From an uncultured archaeon (GTDB lineage Archaea; Asgardarchaeota; Lokiarchaeia; Sigyniarchaeales; SOKP01), in assembly GCA_964583985.1 (NCBI GenBank), contig CAZOYD010000012.1:1-58485 (forward strand): a stretch of DNA of 58,485 nucleotides. The letters run 5' to 3'. This document shows, piece after piece, positions 22,851 to 33,140 of the stretch. The number at the start of each line of letters is the position of its first letter. Positions within the stretch are counted from its first letter, which is position 1. The notes below the pieces were generated by a model. The model ran no database searches, was not told the DNA's origin, and worked only from the letters and a program-made list of their open reading frames with translations. Position numbers and translations under genes: made by a program.

Positions 22851-25442
22851 TTAACTTAGTCTATTTAATTTTTTCCAAGGTTTCCCATATAGAATAAAGG
22901 AGGAAATTGCTTGTGAATTTCGTAACTCAGTATTCACGCTCCCTTCTTCTCCTTTTAAATCCTTTAACTCTTCTTCAATGACCAATGTCATTTTCTTTGA
23001 CATGCACTCTTGCCGCGCTTTAAGAAGAGCAACGCCTTGACTTGAATGGCTAAGTAAATGTGCATAAAAATTCGATGAAATCTCTTGGGTTTCTTCGTCA
23101 AAAATTGCCATGCTTCTGGCAATAATTCCCGTGGTATAATTATGGTCAAATTCTTTCATAATATCTCCAAATCTTTTTAATACATCTCTTATTTTCTTAC
23201 CTTTAACGTCATATAATTGAGAATTAAAAAAGAGGAATGGTTGAATATTTCTATTCCCTAATTTCAAAGCGGAATTGATCTCATAAAAAGTGACAATTTC
23301 ATTATCATTAGTTAGAAAAAAGCTCCTAAATGGATTCCACTTAGAGAAAAAGATATTTCCAACGAAATGGATTATAGTGTGATTTTCAACCAATTGAGAT
23401 AAAATATGATCCCTAGTCGAATATTGTCCAGATAAAACTACAATTTCTTTGACCTCTTTCCTATTATTAAAAAAATTAGTGATATAATTAAGTTCCTCTA
23501 CTCCAGCCGTAAACGGAAAGATTAATTCTTTATTCTTAATAGATTCATTCCATTTTAGAGGATGTGTGGAATTTGTGCAATCTATTATTAAAACAGAAAT
23601 ATCATCTTGATGTGGTACTTCAATTGACGTATCCACGTGATAGTCAAACGATACTCCACCTAAAGGAGGTTCCCCAATGATGTAACCAATAGAATACTTG
23701 AGTAAGAAGAAATTGTTATCATAAATCAACTCGAAAGGAATTGTCATATTCTCAAGAATAAAATAAATCTCTGGTACAACTTTTAAGGCCCTTATTTGAA
23801 ATTGTTTAAAGAAATTTCTTATCGTTAAAGGAAGAAAATTATATGATAATTTTCCAATTTCCATTAAGGTAAAATTATACCTTTTTTCAGGGTTGTTAGA
23901 AAATATGTCATTAAACAGTTCAATAATTTGCGCATCATTCCAATATTCATTCAATATTTTTCCTTCTACTATCTGGTCTTGTAAGGAAATCATACGATAC
24001 GATATGGCTCCATTACCATCAATTCGCAGTATCATTTGCTTGATTTCAAAATTCTCTTCAAGTTTTTTTGGGGTAACGCGTTCATCTTCAAATTTATAAA
24101 TTTCATTGAGAAAACAATTGACTTCCTCAAAAAGACTTTTAGGATCTGGTATGATCCCTTGTAAATCTTTATCTAAATAAGGAATAATCTTATTAGCCAA
24201 TTCAAAATCTTGTTCTTCAAATAAAACTCTATAAAACATCATCCTCCAGAAATCTCTCTGTTCTAAAGAAAAAAAGATTGATTTAAATTGCCATAGGAAG
24301 TTACATGTATAGAAATAATGATAAATTTGGGCATTAGTTTGGGGTAGTTTTAAGTGAGTGTTTAATTTTTCTAGGGATTGAAGTAAATATTTTTTTTCTT
24401 TCATATCTACAAATTTCTTTGAAGCTTCAATCCATAATTCAATTAGTATGTTATCATATCCTAGATCAGTCTGTACTAAGAATATCTCCTCAAGATAATC
24501 ATATATTTCAAAAGCAATATCAAATTGGTTTCGTTCGAGTGAAAAATCAATGAATTTTCTAATATATGTGATTGCATCTCCAAACGATTTGAATTTGTTT
24601 ATTTTTTCAAATGCATTCTTAACAATGACTGTAATCCAAGAAGCTTCACCTATATCGTTAAGGTAATAAATTAATTCTTCCAGATCTCCTAAAATTGTTT
24701 CAAAATTTCTTTCATTCACGGTAATTCGATTTAGATTGCTGAATTCATTTTTAAGATAATTAGGGAGCCGGTTTTGCAAAATTTTCGCAACCTTCTTTAC
24801 AAATTCTTCGGAATTATCCATTAATTGATAATTCAAGTTTATGTTTTCCAACAAAATATAGAGAAATAAGGATCTCTTGCTTGGTTCCAATTTAAAAACG
24901 GTTCTTCCGATAATTTCCATGCTATAATGATAAAATTCCTGAGGGATCACGGATTTCCTTATATACATGAGAAGAATTTGTAGTTCAACTAATTTTAAAA
25001 ATTCATTTCTTTCATTCACTTTAATGCATAAAGAATTTATGAATTTGGTAATTCCTGAAAGAGATATTCCTTCTATTTCAATGAATGATTTCAATAACTT
25101 AGTTGTAAAAGTATTAAAAAGGTAGAAATTATCCAACCTTGATAAAAAAGAAAAAAAACGCTTATACCCATCAATATACTTGATGATATCGATCTTAGAA
25201 TCTTCTGTTTTTATTTGCGTAAGCGAATTGATATACATCCACCATGAATTTGTTATGATCATTGTTAATTGGTGCTTTTTTTGGATATCAAGCCATTCTA
25301 TCCTTTCGATTTCAAAATATAATTCTGTTAGTAAGCGATCACCCCAAAGATGATTACCCGATTGAAGTAATTTTCTCCCTTGAATTACAGTCTCTTGAAA
25401 TTTATTTAAAAAATCTTTCTTAACATCAAGCTTTACTGTCAT
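22851..25442 (-). CDS. Large helical protein with a C-terminal CHAT (caspase-like) domain, catalytically degenerate
   Basis: IPFELIYDNNFFLLKYSIG, IIHFVGN, FLFFNSQ, FYAHLL...GVALLKARQ, FILYGKP. Confidence 0.7.
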   Translation of the reverse strand: MTVKLDVKKDFLNKFQETVIQGRKLLQSGNHLWGDRLLTELYFEIERIEWLDIQKKHQLTMIITNSWWMYINSLTQIKTEDSKIDIIKYIDGYKRFFSFLSRLDNFYLFNTFTTKLLKSFIEIEGISLSGITKFINSLCIKVNERNEFLKLVELQILLMYIRKSVIPQEFYHYSMEIIGRTVFKLEPSKRSLFLYILLENINLNYQLMDNSEEFVKKVAKILQNRLPNYLKNEFSNLNRITVNERNFETILGDLEELIYYLNDIGEASWITVIVKNAFEKINKFKSFGDAITYIRKFIDFSLERNQFDIAFEIYDYLEEIFLVQTDLGYDNILIELWIEASKKFVDMKEKKYLLQSLEKLNTHLKLPQTNAQIYHYFYTCNFLWQFKSIFFSLEQRDFWRMMFYRVLFEEQDFELANKIIPYLDKDLQGIIPDPKSLFEEVNCFLNEIYKFEDERVTPKKLEENFEIKQMILRIDGNGAISYRMISLQDQIVEGKILNEYWNDAQIIELFNDIFSNNPEKRYNFTLMEIGKLSYNFLPLTIRNFFKQFQIRALKVVPEIYFILENMTIPFELIYDNNFFLLKYSIGYIIGEPPLGGVSFDYHVDTSIEVPHQDDISVLIIDCTNSTHPLKWNESIKNKELIFPFTAGVEELNYITNFFNNRKEVKEIVVLSGQYSTRDHILSQLVENHTIIHFVGNIFFSKWNPFRSFFLTNDNEIVTFYEINSALKLGNRNIQPFLFFNSQLYDVKGKKIRDVLKRFGDIMKEFDHNYTTGIIARSMAIFDEETQEISSNFYAHLLSHSSQGVALLKARQECMSKKMTLVIEEELKDLKGEEGSVNTELRNSQAISSFILYGKPWKKLNRLS

Positions 25443-25448
25443 TTCCTC

Positions 25449-26624
25449 TTACTCCTCCTTTTCTTCAATAGAAGCATCTCGCCCATGTTTTGGATTTTCA
25501 ATCCATCCTTTATTTAATTGTTCTTTAGAGTATAAAATTGAAGCACCAATCCACCCCATATTCTCGCGACCAGAAGGAGCGATAACATTTATTTTATCTT
25601 GTAACTTCTCAGAGAAGAAGTTCTTTAATTCATTCTTTAATCTCTCAGCTAATCCAGGAATTAGGCTTCCACCTCCTGCAAAGATGATGTTTGATATTAG
25701 TTCTTCCCAATTCTCTCTATCCCACGCTTTTATTACTTTCGAAACAGCTTCAGCTAAACTCATATAATCAACATGAATTATTTTTGGATCAAATAAAGGC
25801 TCTGAAACTTGAATTCGCTCGATGTTTATATTTAATTTCAAGTTATTCGGTAAAGTAATCTCTCTATCATATTTTGTCAATCCTTCTTTGATTTTTTTAA
25901 TCTCCTTTTTTGGAGAGAGCGTACAAAGAGAATATCGTTCTTTTATTTCTTTTGCAATCATTTCATCAACGTATAAGGTTTCTTCAAAATATTTCTTAGA
26001 TATTAGTAAATTTAACATGTAATTTGTCAAATCCTTGCTTGAAATAGGGAAAATATCCTTAGCCATAACATTGGTGAATCCATGAAATATGGTTGAAATT
26101 AAAGTAGAATTTTCCCCAATATTTACAATTACACCGCTAGTTTTTTGCATTGTTGAGAGGATCGCTTGGTTATCAGATAAAAATAAAAGTGCCGGAAAAC
26201 CCAATGAATCGAGAAATATTTCCTTATACTTCTCTTTTTCCAGATCAGGAGTATTGAATGAAGTTAAAATAATTAAAGGTTGCCTAAATCGGAACTGTTC
26301 TTCTATTTCTAATTGTTGGTAATAATAATTAAAGAATTTTAATAACACATTATAATTATTTTCTTTTTTAAACTCATGAAGTTTTAATATATGTTGATAT
26401 TTTAAAGCAGCATGACCAACTAAATATTCTTGTTTAATATTTTGAAGATAAATTTCTTCTAAACCTTCTATTACATCAGATGTGAATAAAAAATCTGAAA
26501 TATCGACATATACGGTAGGAGCAATAATATCGGGAAAATCATCACCTGCCCAACCCAAACGAAAAGAATGACTCCCAATTTCTAAGATTAAAGGGCATTC
26601 TTGCGATTTATTTGACGATGCCAT
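25449..26624 (-). CDS. Actin-related protein (divergent Asgard ARP)
   Basis: ILEIGSHSFRLGWAGDDFP, VIVNIGENST, KEIKE, EPLFDP, IIFAGGGSLIPGLAERL, WIGASIL. Confidence 0.9.
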   Translation of the reverse strand: MASSNKSQECPLILEIGSHSFRLGWAGDDFPDIIAPTVYVDISDFLFTSDVIEGLEEIYLQNIKQEYLVGHAALKYQHILKLHEFKKENNYNVLLKFFNYYYQQLEIEEQFRFRQPLIILTSFNTPDLEKEKYKEIFLDSLGFPALLFLSDNQAILSTMQKTSGVIVNIGENSTLISTIFHGFTNVMAKDIFPISSKDLTNYMLNLLISKKYFEETLYVDEMIAKEIKERYSLCTLSPKKEIKKIKEGLTKYDREITLPNNLKLNINIERIQVSEPLFDPKIIHVDYMSLAEAVSKVIKAWDRENWEELISNIIFAGGGSLIPGLAERLKNELKNFFSEKLQDKINVIAPSGRENMGWIGASILYSKEQLNKGWIENPKHGRDASIEEKEE

Positions 26625-26666
26625 GATTAATAAAATTGAAATATCTTTCCAAATTCATTTAAAAAT

Positions 26667-27395
26667 TCAATAGAGGAGCTGTTTAAAACGAATGTATTCA
26701 TCTGTTATCTTTTTTAGTTGATACTCTTTAACTTGCAGTTCCAGTAATCCTAGAACTTTTTTAAATTCACTTGACATGGATTCTACATCAACTCCAGCAA
26801 CCTTTTCTACTTCATCTCTTTTTATCTTAAAGTTTTCTAAGCTGTATTGTATTTTTTGGTGCATGTTTGTGATGGATCCAACGAGATCCTCCGTGTTTTT
26901 CTTGGTGATTTTTCTCATCTTCCGTAAAATAGTCAGAATTGAAGAAATTGAATTTTCCCACCTATCATAACGTTCATTATAACCATCATACATTTCTTGA
27001 AAAAAATCAGTCAAGCGTGCATATATATTATCCTTTTTTGAAAAAGAAGGTTTTTTTACAGTGGCTGGAACTTGAGGTTCTAATTCTACTGGTTTAGGAG
27101 GGAGAGGGGCTTTTTCTACACTTACATCATTTCGTTTTTCTACTGGTCCTCGTTGAGTTAATGGAACATCCTCGAGCACGTAAGCCTCCGCTATTTTCTT
27201 CTTAGATTCATGCGATAATTGCGGAGCAACTCTCTCAACATCTTTTTTTGGAAGTAAAAAACCTTGATCTTCTGAAACCCCTTTCAATAATCCTTGAAGA
27301 TCTGCTCCAGTTTTTTTAGAAGATTTTAAAGCATTATCAAGAGAATAAGATTCAACGACATTAATATCCACGTCTTTCTTCTTTTTCTTAGCCAT
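26667..27395 (-). CDS. Hypothetical protein (Lys-rich N-terminus, Pro-rich linker, coiled-coil C-terminus)
   Basis: 242-aa ORF with GGAGGT SD, directly upstream of the ARP gene. Confidence 0.7.
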   Translation of the reverse strand: MAKKKKKDVDINVVESYSLDNALKSSKKTGADLQGLLKGVSEDQGFLLPKKDVERVAPQLSHESKKKIAEAYVLEDVPLTQRGPVEKRNDVSVEKAPLPPKPVELEPQVPATVKKPSFSKKDNIYARLTDFFQEMYDGYNERYDRWENSISSILTILRKMRKITKKNTEDLVGSITNMHQKIQYSLENFKIKRDEVEKVAGVDVESMSSEFKKVLGLLELQVKEYQLKKITDEYIRFKQLLY

Positions 27396-27419
27396 CTAAA
27401 CTTACCTCCTTTTCAAGTG

Positions 27420-27821
27420 TTATTCTAAAGGGAGGACTTCTACCTTAATCGCTCCTCCTTGATTCATGAGTTCTTCTTTTAAATTATCAAGGTTATCAGG
27501 ACTTTCTAAAATCACTATCAATTCAGCAGTTTTATTTTTTTCAATAATCACTGCTTCACTATACATCATACTCAATCCCAAATTTCCAAATAATGTTGCG
27601 AGTCTAGCAAGTGCTCCAGGTATATCTGCCATGGTAACCCGTAGTTTAATTGGATTTTTATCTCCAGAAAGTCCAATTGGAGTGATTCGTATTTCTTTTG
27701 CTTCCGAATCGCTAATCATCATGAGTTGTGAATTCGTTGTGATCCCAAGAGCGTTTCTTGCTTCCTTTGGAATAACCACTCTCCCACGTTCATCCACGGC
27801 GATTATTTTCTTTATTCTCAT
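27420..27821 (-). CDS. AbrB/MazE DNA-binding domain plus ACT domain regulator
   Basis: VDERGRVVIPKEARNALGI; ACT motif DIPGALARLA. Confidence 0.85.
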   Translation of the reverse strand: MRIKKIIAVDERGRVVIPKEARNALGITTNSQLMMISDSEAKEIRITPIGLSGDKNPIKLRVTMADIPGALARLATLFGNLGLSMMYSEAVIIEKNKTAELIVILESPDNLDNLKEELMNQGGAIKVEVLPLE

Positions 27822-27943
27822 AGTGATCAAGATGTTAATTCAGTTTTTTTTACGTTTATATTTATTATTAAATTCCCCCTATAAAAGTTTTTTATAAAGA
27901 GAATATTAGAAAGATTTCCAAACTATAAAGCATGAAAAAAAAA

Positions 27944-30121
27944 TTAAGCTAATAATAAGGATTCCCCAACGAGTCTAAAAGTTCCTTGAACGAAATTGCC
28001 AATGTTTTCTCTAAATCCAGGTTGAGATCCACCAATAGTAAAGAAAATTTCTCCCGGATCAACAATTCTATTTCCTTCCATATCAACCGTGGAATAATCA
28101 TGAGGATGCAATGTAAACTTCACTACTTTTTTCTCATTTTTATGAAGGATCATTCTCCTAAATCCCTTTAGTTCGCGAATCGGAACTATAAATTTGGAAG
28201 TGACATTGGAGAGGTATAACTGAATTACTTCTTCCCCAAAAATATTACCTGTATTTTCTACCTCGACGCTAATACTAATATCTTCACCAATTCTTACTTT
28301 GTCATTAGATATGTTTAAATTATCATAATGAAAATGAGTGTAACTTAATCCAAACCCAAATGGATATAACGGTTCTTCCTCAAAATAGCGATAAGTTCTT
28401 CCTTTCATACTATAGTCTCTTATGTCAGGAATTTGATCTACGGATTTATAAAAAGTTACGGGTAATCGACCAGCAGGATTGTAATCCCCAAAAATTACAT
28501 CTGCAACGGCTTTTCCCCCTTCTTCTCCAGGATACCACGCAAAAAGGATTGCTGGAACGATTTTTTTAGCTTCTGCAAAAGAAAGAGCACTTCCACCCGT
28601 CAAAATAAGAATAATAGGTTTTCCAAGTTCGTGAATTTTATTTAAAAGGGAATTCTGACTCCCAGGTAATCCTATATCGACTCTATCTCCTGTCAAATCA
28701 GATTCAAAAGCTTCTCCTTCCTCTCCTTCCAAACGTGGACTAATTCCTAACACCATAATAATGACTTCTGCTTCTTTTGCAATCCTAATTGCTTCATTAA
28801 ATTCATCTTCGGATTTTTCTTTTAAGGGACATCCCTCAACAAAATATACGTTACTGTTTTCATTAACTTTTTCCTTTATTCCTCGTAAGATTGTAGTATA
28901 CTTAGATGGGGTGCCAAAATAATTACCGAGAAGTACATCCTTGTTATCTGCTGTTGGTCCTATGACTGCTATTTTTTTGATAGTTTTCTTTAAGGGAAGA
29001 ATGTTGTTTTCATTTTTGAGGAGTACCAATGATTTCCTTGCAGCTTGTATTGCTAATTGCCTATGCGCATGGCTATCATTTACTTCATAAGGAATGGCAG
29101 CATAAGGAACCATCTTGGGAGGATCAAACATACCAAGTAAAAATTTAGCACGAAATAATCTTCTCAAAGCTTTATCAATCGTATCTTCAGATAATAATCC
29201 TTCTTGAATGGCGCTACTTATCCATTCCCATCTAATCTTCCTATTTTTTTTCAAGGCAATTCCCAAACAGCAAAATAAATCACATCCTGCATTAATTGCC
29301 ATTGCCGCAGCTTCCATTCCAGTTTTAACGACCTCATGGTTTTCATAGATGTCCTTAATTGCTCCACAATCCGAAACAACATGCCCTTTGAATTTCCATT
29401 TTTCTCGTAAAATATCTTGCAGTAAATATTTACTTGCACAACAAGGTTCACCATTAACGCGATTATAGGCACCCATTATGCCTTCAGCTTTTCCTTCTTT
29501 TATACAAGCTTCAAATGCTGGCAAATAGGTTTCAAATAGATCTTTTTTACTCACTTTAGCATCAAAAAAATGCCGTTCATATTCCAAACCGCTATACGCT
29601 GCATAATGCTTTGGAGTAGCTACTAATTTAAGATACTTGGGATGATCTCCTTGTAAACCCTTTATAAAAGTCACTCCCATCTGAGATGTAAGGTAAGGGT
29701 CCTCTCCATATGTTTCTTGACCCCTTCCCCAACGTGGATCTCTAAAGATATTGACATTTGGCGACCAAAAAGTTAGTCCTTGAAAGATTTTTCTTTGATC
29801 GTTTCTTACCGCTTCGTGATGTTTTGCTCTCCCCTCATCAGAAATTGCTTTCGCTACTTCCCTCATCAAGTCTAAATCAAAACTTGCCGCGAGCCCTATA
29901 GCTTGCGGGAAAACTGTCGCAACACCTGCAAATCCAATGCCATGGAGAGCTTCATTCCACCAATCGTATTTAGGAATATTCAAACGGTCAATCGACATTG
30001 CATTATTTAAGAATTGTGAAATCTTCTCATCAAGTGTCAACCTCGAAATAAGGTCTTCAATTCTTTTTTCAAGAGGTAAATTATAATCTAAAAAACGAGG
30101 GTTCTCATCAGTATTTACCAT
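27944..30121 (-). CDS. Glycoside hydrolase family 3 (beta-xylosidase/beta-glucosidase)
   Basis: WWNEALHG, RDPRWGRGQETYGED, KHY, VVSDCGA (nucleophile Asp), PFGFGLSYT, Fn3-like C-terminus. Confidence 0.93.
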   Translation of the reverse strand: MVNTDENPRFLDYNLPLEKRIEDLISRLTLDEKISQFLNNAMSIDRLNIPKYDWWNEALHGIGFAGVATVFPQAIGLAASFDLDLMREVAKAISDEGRAKHHEAVRNDQRKIFQGLTFWSPNVNIFRDPRWGRGQETYGEDPYLTSQMGVTFIKGLQGDHPKYLKLVATPKHYAAYSGLEYERHFFDAKVSKKDLFETYLPAFEACIKEGKAEGIMGAYNRVNGEPCCASKYLLQDILREKWKFKGHVVSDCGAIKDIYENHEVVKTGMEAAAMAINAGCDLFCCLGIALKKNRKIRWEWISSAIQEGLLSEDTIDKALRRLFRAKFLLGMFDPPKMVPYAAIPYEVNDSHAHRQLAIQAARKSLVLLKNENNILPLKKTIKKIAVIGPTADNKDVLLGNYFGTPSKYTTILRGIKEKVNENSNVYFVEGCPLKEKSEDEFNEAIRIAKEAEVIIMVLGISPRLEGEEGEAFESDLTGDRVDIGLPGSQNSLLNKIHELGKPIILILTGGSALSFAEAKKIVPAILFAWYPGEEGGKAVADVIFGDYNPAGRLPVTFYKSVDQIPDIRDYSMKGRTYRYFEEEPLYPFGFGLSYTHFHYDNLNISNDKVRIGEDISISVEVENTGNIFGEEVIQLYLSNVTSKFIVPIRELKGFRRMILHKNEKKVVKFTLHPHDYSTVDMEGNRIVDPGEIFFTIGGSQPGFRENIGNFVQGTFRLVGESLLLA

Positions 30122-30227
30122 TATTCTTACCTTTCAACTTATTATTTTATGAATGAAAATAATTTAAACAATTTAATCTGAAGAATAAATAATAATAAAA
30201 AGTAAGAATTTAAAAAATTTTTAATTC

Positions 30228-32477
30228 CTATTGGAAACTATGAGCTTTCATTTTTACGGTTAGATCTCTTGCCCGTTTTGAGTACCAGATAAGTAATTCT
30301 CCCGCATCTTCTGGCTCGAAGTACTCTCCACCGCATAGTTGGGCTGCTCGTGTCATAAGCTCCCGATCGGGATTTCCTAATCCTACAATATATATAACGA
30401 CATTTGGATTATCTGCGAACATCTTTACGGTTTGCAAGAATGCGTCTCCATCTGTCGGGATACCATCGGTAAGAATTATTATCATGGTTGGTTGTGCTTG
30501 TCCCTCTGGTGACATGCGATCGAATTCAGTGAGGACTTGATGAGCTTTGACCATTGCATCAGACATATTGGTCGCTTGACCATAGCTGTTGCCTATACGA
30601 TCCACGATCATTCGTGCGGCCTCTTCCAAGACGCCTTTTTTACCACTGGCTGAATCCATATAATATCCATCGCCAAACGGTAAAATCTGACCCTCATCCG
30701 CGAATCGAATGACGCTTACTTTTTCTCCGAACCCACGACCTACTTTTTCGCTCAAGAAAAGAACCGCTGCGAAAGCTGCTGCGATCCTTCTAGGTATATT
30801 TGTTCCTGGTTTGAAATGTTTTAAAAATTCTTGAATTTCACGAGACTCCATAGCTGCCTTGATTCCTTCAATTGCGGGAGCGATGTTTTGGACTTCAACA
30901 TCGCGAGCCATCATTGAACGGCTAATATCTATAACCAGAATAGCATTAAATGGCACGAGTCCCGTAGGAGTCAAGTTAATGGTAGTATTTGCGGTAATTT
31001 GAGCTAATACATCACCTGTCAAATCAGGTACCGTGTTGAGAATGGAACAAGCAATATTTACGGCATTCCATCTTAATTTAATACCCTTGAATATGATGTA
31101 ATTTGCTAGCCATCCTTTCAGTGAATCGATGTTTTGACGGGCAGTAGAAATGATTTCCCACATATTTTCTCCTGCAATTGGGGATATCCCCAATGAGATG
31201 TTTTGTAATGGTATTATCGGTCGAAAATTTTTAGCTATTTTTACTTCAAAGCTTCCAATACCAGAAGCTTCTAAAATTTCACTATCAATAACAATTACGT
31301 TGTTAGGAACTTCTTCCAAAATTTCAACTTTACCGGCTCCCATTGCTCCCGTGAGTTCATCTTCAAAGGATAGAATATCATCTTGTTGAATTGAAAGAGT
31401 GAGTTGAGTACGCGCATTAACTAAACAATAACCCATTAAATTAGGTTGTGATTGAACTTCAAGCATGAGCTCAGAGGCTTTTTGAATGGGTGGTTCAGTT
31501 GAATAAACTACTATTTGTTGGGATTGAATGTTAGTATCTTGTCTTGTATCCCTACTCATTCGTATTTCCGTTGGACTAATAATCGCTTCATCGATTCTTG
31601 CGGATCCCATAGATCTAGTTAACGGATCTTCCCACGCGATGAGTAAACCCTTTCCAAGCCCTAATTGTTGGATAACCGTACCACTTAGTTGAATCCTTCC
31701 ACCTTCAAGGTTGTCATCCACTACGGGAGTAAGAACCAAGCCTCCTTTCTGACTTTGTAGCATGAAAACATCGATTCGATTTGGATAGGGATCTGCGGTG
31801 GTAGTTCCCATTCCAATTTCTTGGCTGGGTATGCTAGGAACTGGTGACATTGGTGCTGGTCGAGGTGCAGGAGGTAAACCTACATAAGGTGCTGGTGTTG
31901 GTTGTGGAACAGGGATTGGCTGTGATGGAGCAGGTGCATATGAAGGTTGTGGAGTAGGGAATGGTTGCGGTGGGGGAGGTGTATATGAAGGTTGTGATGA
32001 TGGTGTTGTTACGTGAGCTGGTTGAGGTATTGGTGTAGGAACTGGTTGTGGTGGCCTGGTTGGCATGGGCGTGCTAGTAGGTTCTGGAAAGGTTTTTGTA
32101 GTAGGTACATTAGTTGGAGGAGAGGGTAAGGGTGTTAATGATGGTGATTTTGTTGCTGGAGGTGTTGCTGGTCCAGGCGGGATTTTTGGGATTTGTAATT
32201 TGGGAGCGACTAATCCCATACTACTGACTGGACGCAAAACTAATTCTACCCCCGAAAATTCAAGGACATCAATGATGTTCTTAGAAATTTGCGCAGCAAA
32301 ATCTAAAACCATGCTTGAAATCTCAATTTTTGCATTGTATTTCTTCCTATTATCTGGATTTTCTACTTCAACTGAAGCACCATTCATTAGTCCCAATTTA
32401 TTAGCATTTTCTTGACAGATAACTACTGTATCGTCATTTTTTTCATTAACATCAACAAATATTTTTATTTCTGCCAT
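30228..32477 (-). CDS. Multi Cdc48-N-like (double-psi barrel) domain protein with a Pro-rich linker and C-terminal vWA domain
   Basis: MIDAS DISRSM, ATNM, LTDG; three repeats resembling DPBB domains; ~140-aa Pro/Thr/Ser/Gln linker. Confidence 0.75.
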   Translation of the reverse strand: MAEIKIFVDVNEKNDDTVVICQENANKLGLMNGASVEVENPDNRKKYNAKIEISSMVLDFAAQISKNIIDVLEFSGVELVLRPVSSMGLVAPKLQIPKIPPGPATPPATKSPSLTPLPSPPTNVPTTKTFPEPTSTPMPTRPPQPVPTPIPQPAHVTTPSSQPSYTPPPPQPFPTPQPSYAPAPSQPIPVPQPTPAPYVGLPPAPRPAPMSPVPSIPSQEIGMGTTTADPYPNRIDVFMLQSQKGGLVLTPVVDDNLEGGRIQLSGTVIQQLGLGKGLLIAWEDPLTRSMGSARIDEAIISPTEIRMSRDTRQDTNIQSQQIVVYSTEPPIQKASELMLEVQSQPNLMGYCLVNARTQLTLSIQQDDILSFEDELTGAMGAGKVEILEEVPNNVIVIDSEILEASGIGSFEVKIAKNFRPIIPLQNISLGISPIAGENMWEIISTARQNIDSLKGWLANYIIFKGIKLRWNAVNIACSILNTVPDLTGDVLAQITANTTINLTPTGLVPFNAILVIDISRSMMARDVEVQNIAPAIEGIKAAMESREIQEFLKHFKPGTNIPRRIAAAFAAVLFLSEKVGRGFGEKVSVIRFADEGQILPFGDGYYMDSASGKKGVLEEAARMIVDRIGNSYGQATNMSDAMVKAHQVLTEFDRMSPEGQAQPTMIIILTDGIPTDGDAFLQTVKMFADNPNVVIYIVGLGNPDRELMTRAAQLCGGEYFEPEDAGELLIWYSKRARDLTVKMKAHSFQ

Positions 32478-32590
32478 TCTATTTCATACCAATTTCTTGA
32501 TTAATATTAAATTAATGTGATATTGAAAGGATATTCATATGTTTTTGTTGTAATTGATTATTTAATTCACGAGAGTATTACATGGAAAAC

Positions 32591-32980
32591 CTATACCAAT
32601 GGATATCGTTTAGAAATTTCTTGTGCATAATATCTGAAAACAGTGACGATTTTACCTAGATCTTCTATCTTACGACTTGCTCCCATCAAGAAAAATCTCC
32701 CGGCTGAGCTTAATATAATGAATGCATCACCGCCTCTCAAAACTACTTCCAGAAGATTGTTATAGCCTAATGATTCAATTGAATCTTGTCCGCTTTGCAT
32801 TACGACTGCTGATAAGCTTGAGAATAAATCAGGATCAACATTATAATCTGGGATGCACGAAAATGCGAGTCGTAAACCCTCGCGAGTAACTAACGCTAAT
32901 GCTTCTAACTCTGTATGCTCAGTAATATTACCTAAGAATATTGATAAATTTTGTGCTTCATCTTGCGTTAAATTACTCAT
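32591..32980 (-). CDS. Roadblock/LC7 (MglB-like) domain protein
   Basis: ALALVTREGLRLA...DLFSSLSAVV...LEVVLRG pattern, 129 aa. Confidence 0.82.
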   Translation of the reverse strand: MSNLTQDEAQNLSIFLGNITEHTELEALALVTREGLRLAFSCIPDYNVDPDLFSSLSAVVMQSGQDSIESLGYNNLLEVVLRGGDAFIILSSAGRFFLMGASRKIEDLGKIVTVFRYYAQEISKRYPLV

Positions 32981-33140
32981 ATGTCATCTCTTTCATTGGT
33001 AATTGATAAGTATTTTTTCTATCGATTAAGTATAATAAAATACTTCATACTTTTAAGTTTGATTTTAAATTTATAAATTAAATATAATAAATTAAAATAA
33101 AGAGAGATAAAAAATTAGACAACGTGTATCAAAGAAAATG

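Noticed and set aside
29220-29275. Extra residues (LGIALKKNRKIRWEW) in GH3 as an in-frame intron
   Set aside because: No BHB or hairpin found; likely a variable loop
31840-32190. GC-rich repetitive tract as a CRISPR array or DNA repeat
   Set aside because: Explained by Pro/Thr/Gln codons of the vWA protein linker; no repeat-spacer periodicity
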